From positions 1 through 49,089 of the forward strand of contig JBCNVM010000010.1 of the NCBI GenBank assembly GCA_039630085.1: a stretch of DNA of 49,089 nucleotides. Reading direction: 5' to 3'. This DNA comes from Candidatus Caldarchaeales archaeon. Lineage in GTDB: Archaea; Thermoproteota; Nitrososphaeria_A; Caldarchaeales; Calditenuaceae. The translations under genes and the position numbers were made by a program. Shown here piece after piece: positions 18,520-28,365 of this stretch. Each line of letters begins with the position of its first letter. Position 1 is the stretch's first letter. The notes beneath the pieces are model-generated. The model was not told where the DNA came from, did not search any database, and saw only the letters and a program-made list of their open reading frames with translations.

Positions 18520-19248
18520 ATGAGGTTCATCAGGGCCTTCGGGCCCCTAGCGGCGTTGAGGCCTGCGGCGGAGCTCGAGAGGGAGCTGGCGGCGGCGAGG
18601 GCCGTCGAGCTGATCCTCTCGCTGGGCGGGGAGGTATATCTCGGGCTAGGGACCGGTTCGACGGTCGAGGTCTTCGGAAGGGTCCTGAGGGAGAAGGGGG
18701 CCGCGCGGTCCGTGAGGGCTGCGATACCCACGTCCCGGCAGTCGGAGGAGGTCGCGAGGAGGGCGGGGCTGAGGGTGACGGACCTCGCGGAGTGCCCGGA
18801 GCCAGACGTCTACGTCGACAGCTTCGACCTCGTCGACCCGAAGGGGAACTCGGTCAAGGGAGGAGGAGCCGCGGTCGCGAGGGAGAAGGTCCTGATGAGG
18901 GCCTCGAGGAGGGTCGTCCTGATCGGCGACTCGGGGAAGCTGGTCGAGAGGCTCAGGGGGCCCGTGCCGGTCGAGGCGCTCCCCTTCGCGGTCGACTACC
19001 TCCTCAGGCTCTTCGGGTCGATGGGCCTCTCGCCGAGGCTGAGGGAGGGGACGGGGAAGGCGGGGCCCGTGGTCACGGAGAACGGGAACTTCGTCCTGGA
19101 CCTGATGATCGGGGAGGTGAGGGACGTCGCGGCGACGGAGCTCGAGGTCAAGTCGCTCCCCGGAGTGGTTGAGGTCGGCCTCTGCCCGAACAGGGGGTAC
19201 GTCGTCCTCGTGGGCAAGGGGGACGAGCTGCTGGAGCTGGGCCGCTGA
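18520..19248 (+). CDS. rpiA: Ribose-5-phosphate isomerase A
   Basis: GLGTGST, KGGGAA..REK, PVEALP, TENGNFVLD, PGVVEVG. Alternative TTG start at 18556. Confidence 0.9.
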   Translation: MRFIRAFGPLAALRPAAELERELAAARAVELILSLGGEVYLGLGTGSTVEVFGRVLREKGAARSVRAAIPTSRQSEEVARRAGLRVTDLAECPEPDVYVDSFDLVDPKGNSVKGGGAAVAREKVLMRASRRVVLIGDSGKLVERLRGPVPVEALPFAVDYLLRLFGSMGLSPRLREGTGKAGPVVTENGNFVLDLMIGEVRDVAATELEVKSLPGVVEVGLCPNRGYVVLVGKGDELLELGR

Positions 19249-19291
19249 GAAACGGACTTAACGGCCCCGACCCCACGACGCCGGGGACGCC

Positions 19292-19831
19292 ATGGCCTCG
19301 AGGGCCCTCGGGCTGTTCTCCGAGAGGTTCGGGGAGCAGGGAGGGAGGGTGAGGACCGCGTCGGGAGAGGCGGCGGCGCTGGAGGCGCTGAGGGAGGAGC
19401 TGAGGTCGGCCGGCGCGAGGAGGGTCTGCGTCGCCGCGTCAGAGGACGGAAGGTGCCCGAGGCTCGTCGAGGCTCTGAGGGAGGAGTTCGAGGTGGTGGG
19501 GCCGCGGGCCCCGCCGAGGGAGATCGCGACCTGCGACGCCGGGATCACCTTCCCGGTGGCCGCGGTGGCCGAGACCGGCTCGATCGTGGAGGTCAACTTC
19601 GACGACTCCGACAGGCTAGTCTCCTCGCTGCCGCCCCTCCACCTGGCGCTCCTGAAGGGGAGCTCGGTCCTCGAGAGGCTGCTGGACGCGGCGGCGCTGA
19701 TCAGAGAGGCGTCCCGCAGGAACTTCGCGGTCACGTTCATCTCCGGGCCCAGCAGGACCGGCGACATCGAGCTGAGGCTCGTGATGGGAGTGCACGGCCC
19801 CCACTCGACGGTAGTGGTGGTGGAGCTGTGA
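19292..19831 (+). CDS. LUD domain protein (LutC/YkgG-like)
   Basis: AETGS, SLPPLH, ISGPSRTGDIE..LVMGVHGP. Confidence 0.9.
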   Translation: MASRALGLFSERFGEQGGRVRTASGEAAALEALREELRSAGARRVCVAASEDGRCPRLVEALREEFEVVGPRAPPREIATCDAGITFPVAAVAETGSIVEVNFDDSDRLVSSLPPLHLALLKGSSVLERLLDAAALIREASRRNFAVTFISGPSRTGDIELRLVMGVHGPHSTVVVVEL

Positions 19832-21921
19832 GGGGGTTCGGGGAGCTCGAGCGGAGGGTCAGAGAGCAGCTGAGGAGGGGCCCGGTCAGGGGGCTCTACG
19901 CCGCGATGATGAGGGGCCTCACGGGCAGAAGGAGGGCGATCGCGGAGATCAAGGGTTACGAGGGGTTCAGGGAGGAGGCGAGGAGTATCAAGGAGAGGAG
20001 CCTAATGGAGCTGGAGGAGCTGCTGGAGGAGTTCGTCAGGAACGCCGAGGCCCGCGGGGCCAGAGTCCACTTCGCCAGGGACGCCGAGGAGGCGAACGAG
20101 ATAATCGCGAGGATAGCCGCGAACGCCGGCGCGGGGCTCGTCGTGAAGTCCAAGTCCCTCACCAGCGAGGAGATCGAGCTGAACCAGCACCTCGAGTCGA
20201 GGGGCGTCCGGGTCGTCGAGACCGACCTCGGGGAGAGGATCATACAGCTCGCGGGGGAGAAGCCCAGCCACCTGGTCTTCCCGGCGATCCACAAGTCGGT
20301 CGAGGAGGTCGCCGAGCTCTTCTCGAGGGAGGCGGGACAGAGGCTCGACCCCGACGTGAGGCCGATCCTCGACTACGTGAGGAGGAGGCTGAGGTCGATG
20401 TTCCTCGAGGCCGACGTGGGGGTGAACGGCGCCAACGTCGCGATCGCCGAGCTGGGCGCGGTCGTGATGGAGACCAACGAGGGCAACGGCAGGCTCTCGG
20501 CCTCGCTCCCGAGGGTCCAGATAGTCCTCGTGGGGATCGAGAAGGTCGTCAGGACCGTCGAGGAGGCGCTGGTCCTCGCGAGGTCGCACGCGGTCGCGGC
20601 CACTGGCCAGCGCATCACCACGTACGTCTCGGTGATGGGAGGGAGGCTCCCGATGGCGGGCGTAGGGGACAGGGAGCTCCACTTCGTGATCCTCGACAAC
20701 GGCAGGAGGAGGATGCTGAAGGACCCCTACTTCAGGGAGGCGCTCTACTGCATACGGTGCGGCGCCTGCATGAACGTCTGCTCGCCTTACGGCGTCGTTG
20801 GAGGCCACGTCTTCGGGCACATCTACCCTGGCCCAATCGGGATAATCTGGACCGCGAACGTCCACGGCCTCGAGAGGGCGGAGTTCGCCGAGCTCTGCAT
20901 AAGCTGCGGGCTCTGCGCGGAGGTCTGCCCCGTGATGATCGACATCCCGTTCGGCATCTCGAGGGTGAAGGAGCTGCTCGCGGAGTCCCGGGGGAGGCCG
21001 AGGGTCAACAGGGCCATGATGGCCTACGAGGCCTTCGCGCGCCTCGGGTCGAGGTTCGCGCCCCTGACGAACGCGCTGATGGCCTCGAGGACCGTGAGGA
21101 GGCTGCTGGAGTGGGCCGTGGGGCTGGACCCGACCGTGGAGCTCCCGAGGCTCTCGGGGAGGACGCTGAAGGACATGATGAGGGAGGTCCCCCGAGTCCC
21201 GGACCCGACCGGCGCTGTCGCCCTCTTCCCTGACTTCCACTACCAGTACGTCAGGCCCGACCTCGCGGTGAAGTTCGCGAAGGCCCTCGCCGGGGCGGGC
21301 GTCAGGGTCGATCTGCCCGACGTGAGGACATCGGGGTACCCGTTCGTGGCCTACGGAGACCTGAGGCGCGCGGCCGAAGTGGCCCGGAGGAACGTCTCCG
21401 CGCTCAAGCCCTACGTCGAGAAGGGTTACAGGGTCGTGTCCCTGGAGCCGACGGCCACCTACGCGCTCAGGCACGTCTACCCGAAGCTGCTGGCGGGGAA
21501 CGGCGACGCCAGGGCGGTCGCCGACGCGACCTTCGAGGGCCTCGGGGTCCTGCTGGAGCTGGTCGAGGAAGGGAGGCTCAAGGTCGGCGGTCAAGGAGGG
21601 AGGTACGGACTCCACGTTCCCTGTCACCAGAGGCCGCTCTCGGGGGGCAAGTACGCCGCGAGGCTCCTGGAGCTCTCAGGGGCCGAGGTCGTCGAGGTCG
21701 GGGACGGTATGTGCTGCGGCATGGGCGGGACGTTCGGGATGAAGGCTGGACCCGTGGGCAGGGGCCTCTCGGACCTGATGGGCGCGAGGCTCGCGGAGCT
21801 CCTCAGGTCGAAGGGCGTGGAGGTCCTCCTGACCGAGAGCAGCGTCTGCGCGATCCAATACAGGAGGACGACGAACGCGAGGGTCCTGCACCCGCTCGAG
21901 GTCCTGGAGTTCAGTGCCTGA
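19828..21921 (+). CDS. LutB/LldF-like Fe-S lactate utilization protein fused to CCG domain
   Basis: KSKS..SEEI, ETDLGE, PSH..PAIH, CIRCGAC...C, CISCGLC.EVCP, HVPCH, CCGMGG. Confidence 0.88.
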   Translation: MRGFGELERRVREQLRRGPVRGLYAAMMRGLTGRRRAIAEIKGYEGFREEARSIKERSLMELEELLEEFVRNAEARGARVHFARDAEEANEIIARIAANAGAGLVVKSKSLTSEEIELNQHLESRGVRVVETDLGERIIQLAGEKPSHLVFPAIHKSVEEVAELFSREAGQRLDPDVRPILDYVRRRLRSMFLEADVGVNGANVAIAELGAVVMETNEGNGRLSASLPRVQIVLVGIEKVVRTVEEALVLARSHAVAATGQRITTYVSVMGGRLPMAGVGDRELHFVILDNGRRRMLKDPYFREALYCIRCGACMNVCSPYGVVGGHVFGHIYPGPIGIIWTANVHGLERAEFAELCISCGLCAEVCPVMIDIPFGISRVKELLAESRGRPRVNRAMMAYEAFARLGSRFAPLTNALMASRTVRRLLEWAVGLDPTVELPRLSGRTLKDMMREVPRVPDPTGAVALFPDFHYQYVRPDLAVKFAKALAGAGVRVDLPDVRTSGYPFVAYGDLRRAAEVARRNVSALKPYVEKGYRVVSLEPTATYALRHVYPKLLAGNGDARAVADATFEGLGVLLELVEEGRLKVGGQGGRYGLHVPCHQRPLSGGKYAARLLELSGAEVVEVGDGMCCGMGGTFGMKAGPVGRGLSDLMGARLAELLRSKGVEVLLTESSVCAIQYRRTTNARVLHPLEVLEFSA

Positions 21922-21930
21922 AGCGGGGCC

Positions 21931-22509
21931 TCAGGACGTCCCCACGGACTTCTCGTAGACGTAGATGCCGTCGAGGAACTTCCTCAGGTCCTTCTCCCTT
22001 ATCCTAGTGGCCTGCTCGATCATCCCCGCCATCAGCCCGACCTTCTCCTTGTCGATGCCGGTGACTATCACGTCCTCCCCCTTGACCGTGACCTTCACCC
22101 CCGGGACCAGCTTCACGGCCCTCGGGACCCTCTCGCCGATGAAGTTCTCGATCAGCACGGTGTCGCCCTGGACCTTCACCGACATCGGGAAGTGGGTCTT
22201 GACGACCTTGAGCTTGTAGGTGAAGCCCTTGGTCACGCCGGTCGCCGCGTTCCTGACCTTCGCCTTCACGGTCCCGAGCATCGCCCTCGCCCTCCTGCCC
22301 CTCCCGTAGACCCGGACCCTGACGTTGCCCCCGGAGCCGGTGAACTCGACCCCTCCCCCCGAGAAGTCGAGCCTCAGCTCTCCCAGGGGCCCCCTGACCC
22401 TCAGGACGCCCGGCGCCTCGACCGAGAGCTGCGCTCCTCCCTCCACCTTCAGGTCCTCCTCGACGTACTTCCTGACCGGCTCCCGAGCAGCGGCCTCTGA
22501 GGTCGACAT
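21931..22509 (-). CDS. rpl6: 50S ribosomal protein L6 (uL6)
   Basis: GPLG, THFPM, IENFIGER, IEQAT, KDLRKFLDGIY. Confidence 0.95.
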   Translation of the reverse strand: MSTSEAAAREPVRKYVEEDLKVEGGAQLSVEAPGVLRVRGPLGELRLDFSGGGVEFTGSGGNVRVRVYGRGRRARAMLGTVKAKVRNAATGVTKGFTYKLKVVKTHFPMSVKVQGDTVLIENFIGERVPRAVKLVPGVKVTVKGEDVIVTGIDKEKVGLMAGMIEQATRIREKDLRKFLDGIYVYEKSVGTS

Positions 22510-22611
22510 TCCACGCCGACCACCCGGCGGCCTCTAATAAAGTTCTCCCGGTCCTCAGAGGAGACCCTCGAGCGCTCGAGAAGTTCTAGCGTCTGCTGCG
22601 GAAATAGAACT

Positions 22612-24183
22612 TCACTTCCTCGGGACGACCTCGAGCTCGAGCCCGAGCTGCTGGCAGATCCTGTGGAGCCTCCTCTGGAGCTTCCTGACGTAGACCTTCA
22701 TGTACTCCGGCGGGACCTCGAGCCTGACGACTCCCCCGGCGACCCTCAGCTCGTAGCCGTCGATGTGCTTCCCGATCAGCCTGTTCAGGACCGTCTGGAC
22801 CCGCCCCTCCTCGTACGACGCGGCTTGGGACCTCCCCACGGGCACGATGAAGGTCCGCTCGCCGAAGACGTACATCTCGTACTCCACCTCGCCGGTCAGG
22901 AGGTCCTTCACCTCGATCGTGGGCCTCGCGAGGTCCGCCCTCTTCATCCCCCTCGGGACCCTCACGGAGACCTCGAGGACGTGGACCTTCGCGACCTCGC
23001 CGGAGTGCATGAAGATCACCGTGTCGATGATGGAGGGGACCACGCCTATGTCGACCCTGTTCGCGACCCTCTGGATCGCGTCGATCGGCGACGTCGCGTG
23101 GACAACCCCGACCATCCCTATCCCCGCGAGCCTGAGGTCGACGAAGAGCTGGAAGTCCTCCTCGTTCCGCATCTCGTCGAAGACGGTGTAGTCGGGCCTG
23201 CTGAGGAGGAGGACGTCGTGGAGCTCGCTCCCGGTCGAGGAGGACTTCGAGTACTGCGTCACGTCGGCCGGGAGGACAAGGTCCCTCGGGCTCTCGACCG
23301 TCTTCACGACCTTCCCCAGCGACCTGTAGTACTCCGCGATCGCCTGCGCAAAGGTGGACTTGCCCATGCCCGGCGCGCCGGCTATCAGGATCCCTTCGGC
23401 CCTTGTGGTGAGCCTCTCCGTCAGGACAGGCGGGAGGTTGTACTCGTGGATCGACTTGCGGACCACCGGCCTGACGACCGTGACCTCGAGGCCGTCGCTG
23501 AGGGGAGGCCTGGTGATCACGACCCTGTACTCGCCGTACTGGAGGATGGTGACGTTCCTGCCGTCGACCTCGACGAAGGAGGTCCTGGACTCGTCCTCGT
23601 GGACCCTCTGGAGGAGGTGGAGGACGAAGAGCTCGAGCCTCTTCCTGGTCACCGGCTCGGGCGAGAGCTCGACGAACCTCCACCTGCCCGGCGTCCCAGC
23701 CTTGACCCTCGGAGGGACGCCCTCCTTCAGGTGCAGCGACATCACGTTTCCCCTGAAGACCTCCTCGAGGGACCATTCGCTGCCGACGTCGACTCTGACC
23801 GTCCTGACCCCGAGCGCCTCGCAGAGCCTGTACGTCAAAGGGTCTGCCGTGACGACCACCGCGCCGTTCCTCGTCGCCTCCTCCCTGATCACGTCCCTGA
23901 CCTCGCCCGGAGCGTCCTCGCTCCCGATCAGCTCGATCGGGACACCCCTCCGCTCGCAGGCCTCCCTGAGGACCCTGAGGGAGTCGATCGCGCCCTCGTC
24001 GCCGCTCCTGAACCTCTCGCCGAGGGACTTGACGATCCTCCTGTGGAGCAGGATCGAACCCCTCAGCCTCCCCTCCTCGACCAAGGACGACGCCAGCCCA
24101 GTGACGAGGGCCACGTCGTCGACGATGTAGCGCTCCTGCACCTTCCTATCCTCTGCAGGCCCTCCTCGACTCCACCTATTCAA
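22612..24183 (-). CDS. PIN-domain ATPase (PINA-type)
   Basis: N-terminal PIN-like region, MSLHLKEG, Walker A GAPGMGKST, SRPDYTVFDEMR, GMVGVVHA, DLARP. Start uncertain (24141/24183). Confidence 0.88.
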   Translation of the reverse strand: MNRWSRGGPAEDRKVQERYIVDDVALVTGLASSLVEEGRLRGSILLHRRIVKSLGERFRSGDEGAIDSLRVLREACERRGVPIELIGSEDAPGEVRDVIREEATRNGAVVVTADPLTYRLCEALGVRTVRVDVGSEWSLEEVFRGNVMSLHLKEGVPPRVKAGTPGRWRFVELSPEPVTRKRLELFVLHLLQRVHEDESRTSFVEVDGRNVTILQYGEYRVVITRPPLSDGLEVTVVRPVVRKSIHEYNLPPVLTERLTTRAEGILIAGAPGMGKSTFAQAIAEYYRSLGKVVKTVESPRDLVLPADVTQYSKSSSTGSELHDVLLLSRPDYTVFDEMRNEEDFQLFVDLRLAGIGMVGVVHATSPIDAIQRVANRVDIGVVPSIIDTVIFMHSGEVAKVHVLEVSVRVPRGMKRADLARPTIEVKDLLTGEVEYEMYVFGERTFIVPVGRSQAASYEEGRVQTVLNRLIGKHIDGYELRVAGGVVRLEVPPEYMKVYVRKLQRRLHRICQQLGLELEVVPRK

Positions 24184-24271
24184 CTCGACGCGGCCGCTGG
24201 CCTCTAAAGCGCCGCGGACTTCTGAACCTCTTCCCGTTTTCTGCTTAAATATGGGCGATGGGGAGTCTGGG

Positions 24272-24397
24272 GTGGACCAGAAGATGGTCCCGTCGAGCGA
24301 GGTCGTCAACGAGTGCCCGAGGTGCCACGCGGACCTGCCTGAGGACGCCCACAGGTGCCCGAGGTGCGGCCTCTGCGTCAGCTGCTCATCTCAGTAG
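24272..24397 (+). CDS. Small zinc-ribbon protein (41 aa)
   Basis: MDQKMVPSSEVVNECPRCHADLPEDAHRCPRCGLCVSCSSQ. TTAAATA about 20 bp upstream; below the ORF-track cutoff. Confidence 0.65.
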   Translation: MDQKMVPSSEVVNECPRCHADLPEDAHRCPRCGLCVSCSSQ

Positions 24398-25090
24398 GAC
24401 GGGGAGGTCAGGCTCCTCCAGCGAGACTGAACCGTCCACCCTCAGCACCGCCTTCAGGGCCCTCACCTCGACCCCGGCCTCGGTGGCCCTCGCCAGCTCC
24501 TCGGCGAGCTCGGGGTGGCGCTCGGCGAGAGGCCTGAACGACCTGCAGGACGGATGCGCGACGACGAACGCGACCACCGCCCTCCTGCCCACCTCCCTCA
24601 GCGACCTCAGCGCGACGACGTGACTCAGTCCCCGCTCGCTCGGAGCGTCGGGGTAGGAGCACCTCCGCATCGGGTCCAGGTAGACCGCCGACTTGAGCTC
24701 GAGGTATCCGACCCTTCCCCCGGGGCCCAGCATCTCGTAGTCTAGCCTGACGCCCATCGCCCTCACCTCGGCCCTGATCATCCTCCAGCCCCTCAGCCAG
24801 TTCACGAGCCCGAGCCTCCATGCCAGCTCGAAGGCCCTCGCCTGAGTCGGAGGGTCGGTCAGCGCGGCTCCCTCTCCGGTCATCACGCCGATCAGCGTCC
24901 CGTCGGTCGAGGAGGGGCCGCGGCCGGAAGGCCTCGTCACGTGGAGCAGCTCTGCGCCAGGCCTGAGGAGCTCCTCGAGCCTCCCGGTGTTCCTGTTGTG
25001 CAGACTGATCCGGACTCCACCTGACTCCGCGACCACGACGAACCTGTTCGGCCTCGAGACGAACCTCGACCTCGCGACCTCGAGCCGCAT
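24386..25090 (-). CDS. sfsA: DNA/RNA nuclease SfsA
   Basis: RPNRF, NTGRLEELL, RLDY, ELKS, YPDAPSERG..H. Confidence 0.9.
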   Translation of the reverse strand: MRLEVARSRFVSRPNRFVVVAESGGVRISLHNRNTGRLEELLRPGAELLHVTRPSGRGPSSTDGTLIGVMTGEGAALTDPPTQARAFELAWRLGLVNWLRGWRMIRAEVRAMGVRLDYEMLGPGGRVGYLELKSAVYLDPMRRCSYPDAPSERGLSHVVALRSLREVGRRAVVAFVVAHPSCRSFRPLAERHPELAEELARATEAGVEVRALKAVLRVDGSVSLEEPDLPVLLR

Positions 25091-25190
25091 CAGCGCCCTC
25101 AACCCGCCAACACCTCGCCAGACGTCGCCCTTTCGCCCTATGGTCGTCGCAAAAGGCATATTAGTTCCGAGGAACAGAGTGTCTCGACCC

Positions 25191-25532
25191 TTGACGACGG
25201 AGGTCCCTTGGACACTCTCGCGCGACCCGACCCCCGTCTGCAACCCGCTCTGCAGGTTCTTCAGGTGCATGAAGTTCGTCGCTCCGGGGAAGCCCGCCCT
25301 CGACTTCAGGAGGAACCCGCCTTGGTGCCACTGGGTCGACGGGCCCTGCATCGGGTTCAAGTGCGTCTACGCCTCCTGCGCGCAGCTCAAGCTCCTTCCG
25401 GAGGGGAAGTGCGCGCTCTTCGTGAAGCCGAAGGAGGAGGCCAGGCCCTCCGAGGCCCCCGAGGAGATACCGGAGATCAGGCTGAACGTCCGGGGAAGGG
25501 CCGGCAAGAGGATGAAGGACCTCGGGTTCTGA
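25191..25532 (+). CDS. Cys-rich hypothetical protein
   Basis: CNPLCRFFRC...WCHWVDGPCIGFKCVYASC...LLPEGKC; host-like codon usage. Confidence 0.7.
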   Translation: MTTEVPWTLSRDPTPVCNPLCRFFRCMKFVAPGKPALDFRRNPPWCHWVDGPCIGFKCVYASCAQLKLLPEGKCALFVKPKEEARPSEAPEEIPEIRLNVRGRAGKRMKDLGF

Positions 25533-25540
25533 CCGGACAG

Positions 25541-26305
25541 ATGCGCCGCGACCTCCCGCGGGTCGAGGTCATAGGCCTTAGGCTACCTATGGTCAAGGAG
25601 GGCGACGACCTGGCGGAGCTGATCGTCTCGGCCGCGGAGGAGCTCGGAGTCGGGCTCAGGACCGGGGACGTCGTGGTCGTCTCGCAGATCGTGGTCTCGA
25701 AGGCTGAGGGCCGGGTGATGCCGCTCGCCTCGGTCGAGCCGAGCGAGAGGGCCCTGAGGATCGCGAGGGTCACGGGGAAGGACCCGAGGCACGTCGAGGT
25801 GATCCTCAGGGAGTCGGCGGAGGTGCTGAGGATAAGGGACGACGGGCTGATAATCACCGAGACGAGACACGGGCTCGTCTGCGCCAACAGCGGCGTCGAC
25901 CTCTCCAACGTCGGCGAGGGAAACGTCGCGCTCCTCCCGGTCGACCCCGACTCCTCCGCGAGGAGGATCAGGGAGAGGATAAGGGAGCTGAGGGGGGCGG
26001 AAGTCGCGGTGGTCGTCTCCGACAGCCACGGCAGGCCCTTCAGGAGGGGCGCGATCAACGTCGCGATCGGCTGCAGCGGCGTCGAGCCGATACTGGACCT
26101 GAGGGGCAAGCCTGACCTCTATGGGAGGGTCCTCCAGAGCAAGCAGATCTGCGTCGCCGACGAGCTCGCGTCGGCAGCGGAGCTGGTGATGGGCAACGCC
26201 GACGAAGGCATACCGGTCGCGGTGATCAGGGGCTACGCCTACAGGAGGTCGGAGCGGGGCGCCTCGGCGATCGTGAGGCCGAAGGAGGAGGACCTCTTCA
26301 GGTGA
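25541..26305 (+). CDS. cofE: Coenzyme F420-0:L-glutamate ligase
   Basis: VSKAEGR, CANSGVD.SN, LLPVDPD, DSHGRPFRRG, ADELASAA.LVMG. Confidence 0.92.
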   Translation: MRRDLPRVEVIGLRLPMVKEGDDLAELIVSAAEELGVGLRTGDVVVVSQIVVSKAEGRVMPLASVEPSERALRIARVTGKDPRHVEVILRESAEVLRIRDDGLIITETRHGLVCANSGVDLSNVGEGNVALLPVDPDSSARRIRERIRELRGAEVAVVVSDSHGRPFRRGAINVAIGCSGVEPILDLRGKPDLYGRVLQSKQICVADELASAAELVMGNADEGIPVAVIRGYAYRRSERGASAIVRPKEEDLFR

Positions 26306-26386
26306 CCCGGGCCGGACGGAGGGCCTCGCGCCTCGGCTCTGTCGCCTGGGCGCAGAGCTAAATACAGTAGCGGAAAGGGCAGGACG

Positions 26387-26629
26387 ATGCCGCACGTCAG
26401 GATCGTCTACTGCGTCCCCTGCGGCCACCTTCCGAGGGCTACCCAGCTGGCGACGGAGCTGCTGAACAGGTACGGCACCAGATACCTGAAGAACTTCTCG
26501 GTGACCCTGGACACCGGAGACGGAGGGACCTTCGACGTCTACGTCGACGGCAACTTGGTCTACTCGAGGAAGGCTGCCGGAGGCAGGTTCCCGACGGTCG
26601 AGGACATAGCCAAGGCGATCGAGGGCTGA
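26387..26629 (+). CDS. Rdx (SelT/SelW/SelH) family redox protein
   Basis: IVYCVPCG, GGTFDV, RFP. Confidence 0.85.
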   Translation: MPHVRIVYCVPCGHLPRATQLATELLNRYGTRYLKNFSVTLDTGDGGTFDVYVDGNLVYSRKAAGGRFPTVEDIAKAIEG

Positions 26630-26636
26630 AGGCCCC

Positions 26637-27092
26637 GTGAGAGGCAGGAGGGTCGCTGTCGGCGCCGACGACCTCTATCCGGCCGCGAAGGCCGTCGTCG
26701 ATTACCTGAGGTCGAAGGGGTACGAGGTGATCGAGCTGGGGTCGCTCAGGACGGGGAAGGTGGAGCCCTGGCCCGAGGTCGGCACTCAGGTCGGCGAGAT
26801 GGTCGTCAGGGGCGAGGTGGGGTGGGGAGTCGTGGTCTGCTACACCGGGACCGGCGTCTCGATCGCGGCCAACAAGGTGAGGGGCGTCAGGGCCGCCCTC
26901 TGCTTCGACGCGGAGACCGCCAAGGGGGCGAGGCTCTGGAACGACGCTAACGTCCTCGCGCTCAGCGGGAGGCTCACGTCGCCGCAGGTGGCGAAGGAGA
27001 TCGTCGATGCCTGGCTCTCGGTGGGGTCGATCGACGAGTCGGAGAGGGACAACATCGAGAGGCTGAAGGCCTACGACGAGGCCCGGCCCTGA
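26637..27092 (+). CDS. RpiB/LacA/LacB family sugar-phosphate isomerase
   Basis: CYTGTGVSIAANKVRGVRAA, WNDANVLAL. Confidence 0.9.
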   Translation: MRGRRVAVGADDLYPAAKAVVDYLRSKGYEVIELGSLRTGKVEPWPEVGTQVGEMVVRGEVGWGVVVCYTGTGVSIAANKVRGVRAALCFDAETAKGARLWNDANVLALSGRLTSPQVAKEIVDAWLSVGSIDESERDNIERLKAYDEARP

Positions 27093-27559
27093 GGGGCCAG
27101 TCGTCTGAGGAAGCCCTCGACCTCCCTCGCGTGCTCAGCGGGGCTGATCTTCGTGAAGACGCCCACCACGGTGCCGTCGGGGGCGATGACGAACGTGTGG
27201 CGCCTCGACTTCCTGAAGATCGGGTTGAGGGACCCGTAGGCCCTCGAGACCTCGCCGTCGACGTCGCTGAGCAGGGTGAAGTTCAGGTTGTACTTCCTCG
27301 CGAACTTCGCGTTCCTCTCCGGCGGATCGGTGCTGACGCCGACGACGATCGCCCCGAGCCCCGAGAGGTCCGGGAGGGCGTCCCTGAAGCTGCAGGCCTC
27401 CTTGGTGCAGCCCGGGGTGTCGGCCATCGGGTAGAAGTAGAGGACGACGTACTTCCCAGACTTCAGCGCCTCGGAGAGCCTGAAGGTCCTGCCTTCGGAG
27501 GTGGGGAGCTCGAAGTCCGGCGCCCTCTTCCCCATGAGGTCCTCTGGGCCCGAGGACAT
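27071..27559 (-). CDS. bcp: Peroxiredoxin (BCP/PrxQ)
   Basis: LYFYPMADTPGCTKEACSFRD. Confidence 0.92.
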   Translation of the reverse strand: MSSGPEDLMGKRAPDFELPTSEGRTFRLSEALKSGKYVVLYFYPMADTPGCTKEACSFRDALPDLSGLGAIVVGVSTDPPERNAKFARKYNLNFTLLSDVDGEVSRAYGSLNPIFRKSRRHTFVIAPDGTVVGVFTKISPAEHAREVEGFLRRLAPQGRASS

Positions 27560-27584
27560 GTCCTCCGCCCCGGACCGAGTCGGG

Positions 27585-27914
27585 TCAGTGGCCGCAGCCG
27601 CAGGAGCAGCTGTGCCCTCCCGAAGGCCTCGCTCCCTTGACGACGAACCCCTCGCCGTAAGGAGTGGCCGCGTAGTCGAGCTCGACCCCCTTGAGCCTCT
27701 CCGCGGAGAAGCTGTCGACGATGAACGTGACGCCGTCGACGTTGATGACGAGGTCGTCGCCGTTGACTTGGTCGTCGAGGGCCAGCCCGTACGCGGGACC
27801 GCAGCACCCCTCGCTGACGAAGATTCTGACGCCGAACGACTCGCCCGCCTCCTTCAGTATCTCCTTCATCTTCTGGACCGCGAGCGGCGAAACCCTGATG
27901 TCCAGCCCGTCCAC
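27585..27914 (-). CDS. HesB/IscA family Fe-S cluster assembly accessory protein
   Basis: GCCGPAYGLALD, LDY, C-terminal CSCG. Confidence 0.88.
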   Translation of the reverse strand: MDGLDIRVSPLAVQKMKEILKEAGESFGVRIFVSEGCCGPAYGLALDDQVNGDDLVINVDGVTFIVDSFSAERLKGVELDYAATPYGEGFVVKGARPSGGHSCSCGCGH

Positions 27915-27994
27915 GCGCTGTCCGGCCGACTCCGTCCCAAAAAGCTTGCCCCACAACTCAGCGCGAATGCGGTCCGGGTAGAGATCAGTGCCTC

Positions 27995-28231
27995 TCAGGT
28001 CGAGCTCATAACGAGCATCGTCAGCGTCGACCTGACCTTCTCGAGCCTCCTGATGTTCCACGAGACGATCTCCTTCAGCTTCTCCATGTTCTCCGCCTCG
28101 ACCTTCGCGACGATGTCGTAGACGCCGTAGACCGCGTAGGCCTCCTTCACCGCCGGTATGCTCTGGAGCTTCCTCAGGACCTCCTCCTCGGACCCGATCT
28201 CGGTGTTGATCAGGACGAACGCGATCGGCAT
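27995..28231 (-). CDS. Stand-alone Lrp/AsnC ligand-binding (RAM) domain protein
   Basis: AFVLIN, VYGVYDIVAKVE, IRR...VRSTLT. Confidence 0.88.
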   Translation of the reverse strand: MPIAFVLINTEIGSEEEVLRKLQSIPAVKEAYAVYGVYDIVAKVEAENMEKLKEIVSWNIRRLEKVRSTLTMLVMSST

Positions 28232-28365
28232 CTCGAGCGTTTTTTAATAATCCTCACTTAATAAGGTTATTCCCTTTCGTTCTGCCGACCATGAGCCGCA
28301 ACCGAACGCCGGCTCTCAGCTCCGCATCAAACGTCTGAGTAACTTCAGCATTTTCATATAACCCC

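Noticed and set aside
26387-26629. Selenoprotein (SelW-like)
   Set aside because: The motif is CVPC with ordinary Cys codons; no in-frame TGA.
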